Assembly: GCA_049599475.1 (NCBI GenBank)
Contig: JBMYOQ010000095.1
Coordinates: 1-14,292, forward strand
DNA: 14,292 nt
Source of the DNA: Opitutales bacterium
Lineage (GTDB): Bacteria; Verrucomicrobiota; Verrucomicrobiia; Opitutales; JABSRG01
Reading direction: 5' to 3'
The position numbers and the translations under genes were made by a program. Shown here in pieces: positions 1 through 7,513 of the stretch. The notes beneath the pieces were generated by a model that was not told where the DNA came from, did no database searches, and worked only from the letters and a program-made list of their open reading frames with translations. Every line of letters starts with the position of its first letter. Position 1 is the stretch's first letter.

Positions 1-56
1 CGTAGACAAAACCATATAACCATAAAGCTCAATAATTATTCGAACTGGTATTACAG

Positions 57-536
57 AGGCCGAAGGTTTTGATTTTGGATGAACCTGCGAGTGGTCTGGA
101 CCCCTTGTCGCGCCGTAATCTCAAGCAGACCTTGCGCACGATAGCGGATGGGGGAGCCACCGTTGTCGTGAGTTCTCACATACTCAGTGAACTCGCGGAA
201 TTATCTACCTCTCTCGGTATTATGAACCAGGGAAAACTCCTGATTCAAGGGACTGCGGATCACATACAAGATACATTGGGCTCCGCACAGAAAACGCTCT
301 CCTTTCGTTTCTTGGAAGATGCTACTGCTGCTATGCAGTGGCTGGAGGGGCGGGAAGCAGTGAGCAAGCTCTCTGCTTCGGGAAATCGCTTAGATTGTGA
401 CTTCGATGGCTCGAATGAAGATCAAGCAGCCCTCATTGAGGCTCTCATTTCGAATGGTTTTCTTTTCCGAACGGTCGAAGAGAAACAGAACTCATTCGAG
501 GAGATTCTCACACGTATTGCGGAGGGAAATACGTGA
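57..536 (+). CDS. ABC transporter ATP-binding protein, C-terminal fragment (5' half missing)
   Basis: The frame reads RPKVLILDEPASGLDP (Walker B and D-loop) from about 57, then VVVSSHILSEL (H-loop) and a typical C-terminal tail (SFEEILTRI). An in-frame TAA lies at 33-35, and no Walker A or signature motif is present in the window. The TTG at 69 is an internal Leu, not a real start. Confidence 0.85.
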   Translation, partial: RPKVLILDEPASGLDPLSRRNLKQTLRTIADGGATVVVSSHILSELAELSTSLGIMNQGKLLIQGTADHIQDTLGSAQKTLSFRFLEDATAAMQWLEGREAVSKLSASGNRLDCDFDGSNEDQAALIEALISNGFLFRTVEEKQNSFEEILTRIAEGNT

Positions 537-2209
537 GAGCAAACGATGACACTTTGAAACCCGTGCCTGCATGGGCATTGTGGAAAAATCCGATTTTCCT
601 CAGATATTGTCGGTCTACCTTGAGGCCCAGGAGTCTCGGAGTCTGGACACTCATTGTAGTACTGATCAGTGTTTATGCGATTGTCGCAAGTGTGGCGGTG
701 GGCATACGCCAGAACGGTCTTTCGGAGACTGAAGCCCTGCGAATCGCCTTTATCCCCATTTTCTTCTTACAGATGTTCATCATGTTTGTCTTGGGAATGG
801 CAAACGTGTCGGGAGGCATTACGCGAGAGGGCGATGAGGGGGTGATCGACTACCAGAGACTGATGCCACTCACTCCGCTGAGTAAGGTCGTCGGGTATTT
901 GTTTGGTCTGCCGATTAAGGAGTACTTGTTGTTCGCGATCACGGTTCCTTTTACGGCATACATTGTGATCCGCAGTGAAGTGAATGCGGTCGTATGGGTG
1001 CCCCTGTATCTCTCGTTTTTTTCCTCCGCGATCCTGTATCATCTCACGGGTCTGCTGACGGGCACCGTTATCAAGAACCGGCGCTGGGCCTTTTTGGCGT
1101 CGATGGCCATCGTCTTCAGTCTGTATACGATCATTCCAGAGCTATCGAAATTTGGCATCAATGTATTCAAATACCTGACTATTCGGCCGGTCATTGAAGA
1201 AAGCTGGTTCTACTTTATTCCAGAAAATGCGGGGATGGTCGTGAATGTGATTCGCAATCTAAGCCCCAGTGTTGGGTTTTTTGGCCTGAAATTTCCGGCA
1301 TTCCTCTTTGTTATCCTTTCGCAGGGTGGGTTGATTTTCTTTTTCATGATGATGCTGTGCCGCTATTGGCGGCGTCGCGAACTCAGCCTGCTCAGCAAAC
1401 CCTGGGCGATCGGATTTTTTACCTGGGTGCAGATTATGATCCTTGGAAATGCACTTCCGGTGATCCCGACTGGCGAAATATTTCCATCCGTAGCGTTTAG
1501 CAATTTCGCTGTCGGACGAAATTTGGCTAACCCTGATTGGGAAGAGGCTGCGGGCGTTGTCGGCGTCTATGGGACTGTCACGCTCTGTCTGATGTTGATC
1601 ATTATCAACATCATCACCCCGGATAAGCGGAAACAGATCGAAGGTTGGCGTCGAGCCTCCAAACTGGGAATGGATCGTCTGCCCTGGGGGGAAGAGGGGA
1701 AGACCGCTCTACCTGCGACATTGGCTGTCGCTACGATAGGGGCCGTGGGGTGGTTCCTGTTTATGAGGGCCTTGATTGAGTCGGTGTGGTTCCCGGGACA
1801 CTACGCGCACTGGGGGCAGTTGGCCTATCAGAGCGTCGTGATGATTGTCATTGGATTGAGTTTTCACGCACTCCTGGAATTTAAAGGGCGTATGGCTATC
1901 TTGTTTGCCGGAATCTTTTCAGGGGTGGTGCCTATTTTGAGTGGGGTGATCAGTGCTATCTTGGATAGCAATACATTGGGCATCTGGATCGCGGGGCTCT
2001 CGCCCTTGGTGACGCCTTCGTTTTTCGTTTTCTCGGAAATCGGACTGGGTGTGATCGATCCTTCCAGTGAAGAGCGCGCAATTCCATACGTATTTAAATT
2101 TTCATTATTTCTCTATGCCGTGGTTGCGATGTTCCTGGTGGCGCGACTGCGTCAGAACTGGCGAGATATCAAGGCCTCTGTTGTGAAAGAAAGTGTTGAT
2201 TCTGCCTAG
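533..2209 (+). CDS. Multi-pass membrane protein, probable ABC-2-type exporter permease
   Basis: 558 aa with many hydrophobic segments. It has an N-terminal NPIF..Y.RS.LR motif and an ITREGDEGVIDYQRLMPLTPLSKVVG loop resembling ABC-2 permeases. A GTGA start/stop overlap couples it to the ATPase. Confidence 0.75.
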   Translation: MRANDDTLKPVPAWALWKNPIFLRYCRSTLRPRSLGVWTLIVVLISVYAIVASVAVGIRQNGLSETEALRIAFIPIFFLQMFIMFVLGMANVSGGITREGDEGVIDYQRLMPLTPLSKVVGYLFGLPIKEYLLFAITVPFTAYIVIRSEVNAVVWVPLYLSFFSSAILYHLTGLLTGTVIKNRRWAFLASMAIVFSLYTIIPELSKFGINVFKYLTIRPVIEESWFYFIPENAGMVVNVIRNLSPSVGFFGLKFPAFLFVILSQGGLIFFFMMMLCRYWRRRELSLLSKPWAIGFFTWVQIMILGNALPVIPTGEIFPSVAFSNFAVGRNLANPDWEEAAGVVGVYGTVTLCLMLIIINIITPDKRKQIEGWRRASKLGMDRLPWGEEGKTALPATLAVATIGAVGWFLFMRALIESVWFPGHYAHWGQLAYQSVVMIVIGLSFHALLEFKGRMAILFAGIFSGVVPILSGVISAILDSNTLGIWIAGLSPLVTPSFFVFSEIGLGVIDPSSEERAIPYVFKFSLFLYAVVAMFLVARLRQNWRDIKASVVKESVDSA

Positions 2210-2230
2210 CTGAAGGCTGATAAGGGCAGA

Positions 2231-2935
2231 GTGAGTAGGACTTTGCGTATTCTGGGTGATTTTGATCCTGAAAAGGAGACGCATCTTGCGACGAATGAGG
2301 CCATTGAGCATACGCTTAAATCCCTGGGTATTGATCTCGATTATCAATGGCTCGGCACGGAGCACATTACCACAAGGGATATAGAAAGTGCGGCGGGAAT
2401 CTGGGTCTCTACGGGAAGCCAGTATCGGAGCGTCGCCAAAGTTTTAGATGCTATTCGTCAAGCACGCGAATCGCGAATTCCGTGCCTGGGCACCTGCAGT
2501 GGGTTTCAGCATATCATGATCGAATATGCTCAGAACGTATTGGGGATAGAGTCTGCAGGACACGCGGAGTATGATTCAAATGCACTTCCCTTTATCTCGC
2601 AGATGGTCTGCTCGTTGCGAGGACACAGTATGCAGATAAATTTGCGTGAAGGGAGCCTGGCACATCGATTATATGATGCGCCGAATACCACAGAGAAGTA
2701 TTATTGTAGTTTCGGAATCAATCCAGAATACCGTAATGCTGTCGACGGGGGGGCCATCATTGCGAGTGGGGTTGATCAAGACGGAGAGATACGCCTTGTC
2801 GAGTATCCTGAGCATCCCTTTATGCTGGCCACGCTGTTTGTGCCGCAGGTGGCTTCATCCGAGGAACGTCCTCATCCAATTGTCACCGGATTTCTAAAAA
2901 CTGTTTTAAAGCGCAGGGATGTGGGCAGAAATTGA
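2231..2935 (+). CDS. Stand-alone class I glutamine amidotransferase-like protein (CTP synthase C-terminal-domain-like)
   Basis: Nucleophile elbow PCLGTCSGFQHIMIEYAQNVLGI, plus GINP and HPFMLATLFVPQ...RPHPIVTGF segments that parallel the PyrG GATase domain. There is no synthetase domain. Confidence 0.85.
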   Translation: MSRTLRILGDFDPEKETHLATNEAIEHTLKSLGIDLDYQWLGTEHITTRDIESAAGIWVSTGSQYRSVAKVLDAIRQARESRIPCLGTCSGFQHIMIEYAQNVLGIESAGHAEYDSNALPFISQMVCSLRGHSMQINLREGSLAHRLYDAPNTTEKYYCSFGINPEYRNAVDGGAIIASGVDQDGEIRLVEYPEHPFMLATLFVPQVASSEERPHPIVTGFLKTVLKRRDVGRN

Positions 2936-3791
2936 CGATTGGGTTGCGAAGCATCTGGGCTTGCGAGACGCCTCGCGGTGTCGACGTGCTGTCGGCGGTG
3001 GGTGTATCCACGCGACGTGGGTCATCGGTGAGCCTGGAAAAGAGCTCTTTCTGAAGACGGGAGGTCTGGATCAGCTGGGAGTGTATCAGTCGGAAGCGGA
3101 TGGATTGAGACGCTTACGGAATGCGGCCGAAGGTAGTGGTGAGATACGGGTGCCGGAAGTAATGGGCGTGATGCAAGGCGCTGGCGTTGCGTGTTTGATT
3201 CTTGAATACATTGAATTGAGGCGAGATGGCGATGAGTCAGCCTTAGGCAGGGGACTAGCTCACATCCACCGGGACAGCGCAGACATGTTTGGTCTGGAGA
3301 TTGATAATACGATTGGGTCGACTCCGCAGATGAACACTCAGTCTAAGTCCTGGATTGAATTTTGGCGAGAGCAGCGCTTGAAACCACAATTGGAAATGGC
3401 TCAGGTGCGTGGGTTTAACTATGCGGGGGCGGATACATTGCTGAGTAGCTTAGATATGTTTTTCGCTGAAGGCGACCCCGCGGTATCCTTGCTGCATGGA
3501 GATCTTTGGGGCGGGAATATCGGTTTCGACCGAGATGGAGTTCCGGTTTTGTTTGATCCAGCAGTATATTATGGAGATCGAGAGGCTGACCTTGCCTTTA
3601 CCGAAGTATTTGTAGGGTTTGGGCCTGCATTCTATCGAGCATACCAGGATGCGTGGCCTATGGATTCAGAATTCACTCGCCGGAAAACGCTTTATAATCT
3701 CTACCACATTCTAAATCACCAAAACATTTTTGGTTCAATGTATGCGGGGCAGGCTCAATCCATGATCGATGAGTTGATTTCGGGGCATTGA
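2919..3791 (+). CDS. Fructosamine kinase family protein (FN3K-like ketosamine kinase)
   Basis: Motifs VGGGCIH, LFLK, FGLEIDNTIGSTPQ, W.EFW.EQRL, LLHGDLWGGN, FDPAVYYGDREADLA and LYNLYHILNH. It overlaps the upstream CDS by 17 bp. Confidence 0.93.
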   Translation: MWAEIDDWVAKHLGLRDASRCRRAVGGGCIHATWVIGEPGKELFLKTGGLDQLGVYQSEADGLRRLRNAAEGSGEIRVPEVMGVMQGAGVACLILEYIELRRDGDESALGRGLAHIHRDSADMFGLEIDNTIGSTPQMNTQSKSWIEFWREQRLKPQLEMAQVRGFNYAGADTLLSSLDMFFAEGDPAVSLLHGDLWGGNIGFDRDGVPVLFDPAVYYGDREADLAFTEVFVGFGPAFYRAYQDAWPMDSEFTRRKTLYNLYHILNHQNIFGSMYAGQAQSMIDELISGH

Positions 3792-3805
3792 GCTAGACTC
3801 CTACT

Positions 3806-3833
3806 TTGACAAGCCAAACGCGTATCCTATTAG
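3806..3833 (+). promoter_or_regulatory. Candidate sigma70 promoter for the M3 peptidase gene
   Basis: Perfect TTGACA at 3806-3811, a 16-nt spacer, then a weak -10 (TATTAG, 3828-3833) ending 7 nt before the ATG at 3841. Confidence 0.4.
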
Positions 3834-3840
3834 TGGAGCG

Positions 3841-5526
3841 ATGGAAGTTCAGAATTTTGCTGATTACAGGGTAGGGGCGCCTGATCTGGAGAAGATTCGA
3901 GAGCGCTACACGGCGCTTTTTGAAGGTATTGATGCAGCACAGAGTGCGCAGGATTGTATGAGCGTTTTGGAGGATTGGGATGCCCTATTTAAGGAATTGA
4001 GCGAATGGAGAGTGTTAGTCCAAATTCGTTTTTATCAAGATACAGAAAATGAGGATTACAAAGTCGCGCAGGATCACCTCGATGCTATGTGGCCGAAGTA
4101 TGTAGATCTCGAAACTCAGTTCAAAAACCGCCTATTGGAGAGCCCTTTCCGTGAGGAATTAGAGGCCGCTACCTTTCCTCAATTGTTCAAGCTCTGGGAA
4201 TGCAAGGTGTCGACTTTTGATCCGAGCATAGAGGATGATCTCGCCAACGAATCAAAATTGAGTTCTGAATATACCGCGCTCACCGCGAAAGCACAGCTTG
4301 AGGTTGGGGGCGAATCGCTCACCTTATCGGAGGTCCGTGCGCTTTTAGAAGATACAGATCGGAGCAAGAGGCTGATAGCTAGTGAGGCGAATTCAAATTG
4401 GTTTCACAAAAATGCGTTCCAGCTAGATCGAATATATGACCAACAGGTAAAGCTGCGGGATGGTATGGCTCGAAAACTTGGATACACAGATTTCGTCGGG
4501 CTGGGATATCAGCGAATGGCACGGATTGGGTATGGTCCTGAAGAAGTGAGTGCATTTCGGGATGAAATCCTTCGAGAAGTGGTTCCATTCTGTCAGCAAC
4601 TCGCTGAAGCTCAGGCGAAAACGATAGGCGTAGATACCCTCATGCACTGGGATGCGTCAGTGCATTTGCTTCAGGGAAATCCTCGTCCCTTGGGAGGTCA
4701 CGATTGGATGGTCGATCGCGCTCGCGAAATGTTTGGTGCGATGGGGCAGGGCTTGGATGATTTCTTCGATCAAATGGTCGAGCGTGGATTGATGGATTTG
4801 AAATCGCGCAAGGGCAAAGCAGGCGGAGGATTCTGCGAGTATTTACCCTTGTTGGCCTATCCCTTTATTTTTGCTAGTTTCAATGGGACACGTGCGGACG
4901 TAGATGTCTTTACTCATGAGGTGGGGCATGCATACCAGGTGTGGTCTAGCGGCCGAGATGGACTCAGTGAACTTGCCTGGCCGACTACTGAAGCGTGCGA
5001 GATACATTCTATGGGGCTCGAGTTCCTCACTTGGCCTTGGATGGGACTCTTTTACGGCGAAGATGCCGCTGAAGAATTAAGAAAAATTCATCTGACTTCT
5101 TCGATTATGTTTTTGCCCTATGGGGTGTCGGTGGACCTATTCCAGCACCGCGTCTATGAGAATCCGGAGGCATCTCCCGAAGACCGCAATGCAATGTGGC
5201 AAGAGATTGAGCATGCATTTTTACCCTGGTATCAATACGGCGATTTGCCTGCAGAAAAGAGCGGGCGACTGTGGCAGATGAAGCAGCATATTTATAATTG
5301 CCCGTTTTATTATATTGATTACACCTTGGCTTTAACAGGAGCGTTGCAGCTGTGGCGAAGCTCTCGTATGAACCACGCGGATACAATGTCGAATTATGCG
5401 AAGCTCTGCCAGCTAGGTGGACAGTTGCCGTTCTCGGGATTGTTGGATTCGGCTGGCTTGGAGTCTCCCTTTTCTAGAGGGTGCCTTAAAGGAGTAGTTG
5501 AAGATGCTAAAAACTATCTGCTCTGA
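3841..5526 (+). CDS. M3 family oligoendopeptidase (PepF-like, M3B)
   Basis: HEVGH zinc motif, RKGKAGGGFC, PFIFASFNGT..DVDVFTHE, EACEIHSMGLE, VDLFQH and HIY..PFYYIDY. 561 aa. Confidence 0.95.
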   Translation: MEVQNFADYRVGAPDLEKIRERYTALFEGIDAAQSAQDCMSVLEDWDALFKELSEWRVLVQIRFYQDTENEDYKVAQDHLDAMWPKYVDLETQFKNRLLESPFREELEAATFPQLFKLWECKVSTFDPSIEDDLANESKLSSEYTALTAKAQLEVGGESLTLSEVRALLEDTDRSKRLIASEANSNWFHKNAFQLDRIYDQQVKLRDGMARKLGYTDFVGLGYQRMARIGYGPEEVSAFRDEILREVVPFCQQLAEAQAKTIGVDTLMHWDASVHLLQGNPRPLGGHDWMVDRAREMFGAMGQGLDDFFDQMVERGLMDLKSRKGKAGGGFCEYLPLLAYPFIFASFNGTRADVDVFTHEVGHAYQVWSSGRDGLSELAWPTTEACEIHSMGLEFLTWPWMGLFYGEDAAEELRKIHLTSSIMFLPYGVSVDLFQHRVYENPEASPEDRNAMWQEIEHAFLPWYQYGDLPAEKSGRLWQMKQHIYNCPFYYIDYTLALTGALQLWRSSRMNHADTMSNYAKLCQLGGQLPFSGLLDSAGLESPFSRGCLKGVVEDAKNYLL

Positions 5527-5536
5527 GTGAGCGTAG

Positions 5537-5587
5537 GTATTGAGCCTTAGTTTTCCTATCGATGTAATCACACATTAGGCTCAATAC
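5537..5587. repeat. Perfect 11-bp inverted repeat with 29-nt spacer
   Basis: GTATTGAGCCT (5537-5547) and AGGCTCAATAC (5577-5587) lie in the gap between the peptidase and the ycaQ-like gene. Confidence 0.7.
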
Positions 5588-5602
5588 AATCTGAGACATT
5601 TC

Positions 5603-6685
5603 ATGAATATCCGGTGTGAGCAGTTTAGAAAACAAGTTATACGCTCGGTGCTGTTTGCTCCCACGGATTTACCGACGGCTTTAGAGAAACTGTGCTTTCT
5701 GCAAGCAGATCCTATCCGGTGCCCGGCGCGCGCTCAGGATCTTATTCTGCGGCATCGGGTAAAGCATTACGTGGCAGGTGATTTGGAGAAGAAATATCCG
5801 GAGCTATCACTTGAGGAGTTTTATTTGTTTGCCTACGGGTTTGGTTCGCGTGCTCTGTGGTCGCAGCTATTGCCCGTCACGGATGCTCCACTGGACGCTG
5901 ATGAAGAGAATGCGCTCAAGCTCGTTGTCGAGCACGGTGAAATGCATCCGAAGAAACTAGAGGACCTATTGGGTTCGGGACGTAAAAAGAACTATTGGGG
6001 CGGTTTTTCACGGGCTTCGAAATTACTCCTAGATACTATGCATGAACGCGGAGATTTAAGGGTCGTTCGGCGGGAGCGCGGTGTCAGGGTCTATGGACCC
6101 TCGGACATTAAGCTGAATGAGCGATCGGAGGCTGATCGGTTTAAGGAGATTATTTTGGCGAGTTTACATGCAATGGGACCGGTATCCAGACGCTTCTTGA
6201 TGAGCGAACTGAGGCACTTTACTTATATTATCGGCGACCGCAATAGACGGCTCAGATGTATCGATGATCTCATTCGGATGGGTGCACTTCGAGTGGATCA
6301 GGTTGAGGGTGAAGCATACCTGTCGCTCGCGGATCTAAAGTTGAATCGCATCCAGTGGGAACAGGTGCGGATCCTTGCTCCATTTGATCCCATCGTGCGC
6401 GATCGAAATCGGTTTCTGCACCTGTGGGGGTGGGAATACCGCTTTGAAGCCTATACGCCCAAGGCAAAGCGCAAGCTCGGTTATTACGCTATGCCCGTTC
6501 TTTGGCGGGATCGTGCAATCGGGTGGGCGAACACTGAGGTGACAGGATCAAAACTGTCATTGGAAATAAATTACTTGGGGCGGCGTCCTCGCGATTCGAA
6601 ATACCGAGAAGCTGCGGAGGCCGAGGCGAATCGATTGCTGAAATTCCTCGGATTAAAGGATGGTGAGCTCGAGTTGCGGTATTGA
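5603..6685 (+). CDS. ycaQ: YcaQ/AlkZ-family (HTH_42 winged-helix) DNA interstrand-crosslink glycosylase, QxD type
   Basis: N-terminal FLQADPIRCPARAQDLILRHRV (QxD motif) and C-terminal ILAPFDPIVRDRNRF.HLWGWEYRFEAYTPKAKRKLGYYAMPVLW. Confidence 0.88.
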   Translation: MNIRCEQFRKQVIRSVLFAPTDLPTALEKLCFLQADPIRCPARAQDLILRHRVKHYVAGDLEKKYPELSLEEFYLFAYGFGSRALWSQLLPVTDAPLDADEENALKLVVEHGEMHPKKLEDLLGSGRKKNYWGGFSRASKLLLDTMHERGDLRVVRRERGVRVYGPSDIKLNERSEADRFKEIILASLHAMGPVSRRFLMSELRHFTYIIGDRNRRLRCIDDLIRMGALRVDQVEGEAYLSLADLKLNRIQWEQVRILAPFDPIVRDRNRFLHLWGWEYRFEAYTPKAKRKLGYYAMPVLWRDRAIGWANTEVTGSKLSLEINYLGRRPRDSKYREAAEAEANRLLKFLGLKDGELELRY

Positions 6686-6744
6686 ATTCGACCTGATTAG
6701 AGCCCCTATTTCTACTTTGTTAAATCAATGACCAGCTTTCTGTT

Positions 6745-6824
6745 AACCACGAATGAGCACGAATAAACACGAATGCGGCGCCGTAGTGTGGAGCATTCGT
6801 GTGAATCGGTGTTCATTCGTGGTT
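6745..6824. repeat. Palindromic element made of 3+3 CACGAAT units at 10-bp spacing
   Basis: The left arm (6745-6776) and right arm (6793-6824) are reverse complements at 27 of 32 positions, around a 16-nt loop. It lies between convergent genes. Confidence 0.9.
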
Positions 6825-6882
6825 CCTTTAATAAGCTTGGTGAACTCCAGATTGTCATTCCAAACCGATTTTGAGAAAGGGG

Positions 6883-7305
6883 CTAGATTCCCAGCTCCAT
6901 CTGCGGGTCGATGTAGGGGACTTCCATTTTGAATTCGGGAATCCTTACCCAGATTGGATTGCCGTCGAGGTCGTTCCCTCGAAATGCTCCTGAGGCGCGC
7001 GTATCCCCATCGGCCATGTGGTAGCTGTTATACGAAAAACTCTCACCTTGGGCGAGAGTTCTGGAGCAGCCCTCAATGTTTGGGCTTTCGAAAATTTGAG
7101 TTTGGCGAGATGGACCGGTGAGGTGCCAGCGCCTACTGTTTAATACCACAGTCCGATCAGACAGATTTCGGATGGTGAGGTAATAGATGAACGCGTGCGG
7201 TTTACCTGATTCCTCAGCGAGATCCTGGTCATGATGGTAGATGAGGTCATTTACGAATACGCGTAGACCCTCTAATTCTACTGGATTTGCCTCTGCCAAT
7301 CCCAT
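6883..7305 (-). CDS. ApaG-domain protein (divergent)
   Basis: FIYYLTIRNLSDRTVVLNSRRWHLT, LAQGESFSYNS, G.F.G and VRIPEF match the ApaG pattern. The GxGxxG motif is degenerate (ESPNIEG). Confidence 0.8.
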   Translation of the reverse strand: MGLAEANPVELEGLRVFVNDLIYHHDQDLAEESGKPHAFIYYLTIRNLSDRTVVLNSRRWHLTGPSRQTQIFESPNIEGCSRTLAQGESFSYNSYHMADGDTRASGAFRGNDLDGNPIWVRIPEFKMEVPYIDPQMELGI

Positions 7306-7307
7306 AC

Positions 7308-7378
7308 TTATTCACAGGCTTAGCAAGAAAACGGCCAGTATTGAAGCCAAAAGTAAGGGCCTCGGCTAGTTATTCACA
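7308..7378 (+). promoter_or_regulatory. Two identical TTATTCACA 9-mers (DnaA-box consensus matches)
   Basis: TTATTCACA at 7308-7316 and 7370-7378. Both fit TTWTNCACA. Confidence 0.45.
7322..7338 (-). promoter_or_regulatory. Candidate sigma54 (-24/-12) promoter for the ApaG-like gene
   Basis: The minus strand reads CTGGCCGTTTTCTTGCT (TGGC-N7-TTGC, GG-N10-GC). The -12 C is 18 nt before the ATG. Confidence 0.6.
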
Positions 7379-7513
7379 TTTTTTAGAACCCTCGTGCTAG
7401 GATGTAAATCCCTGAAGCAAGTGCGCCTAGCAAGGTGATATATAGAATCACTTGAAACCAACCCATTGGATGTGAATGTTCCTCTTCGAGGTCCTCTGGG
7501 TCAGGTGTGTCGC

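Noticed and set aside
2231..2935. Annotation as pyrG (CTP synthase)
   Set aside because: There is no synthetase domain and the catalytic His/Glu pair is absent.
3600..3625. FVGF in place of the usual FGGF in the fructosamine kinase
   Set aside because: This is a single-residue difference that could be a variant or a base error. The catalytic motifs are intact.
6745..6824. CACGAAT repeats as a CRISPR array
   Set aside because: The units are 7 bp with 3-bp linkers and inverted symmetry. There are no spacers and no cas genes.
7306..7513. Replication origin
   Set aside because: Only two DnaA-box matches, no clear unwinding element and no origin-linked genes.
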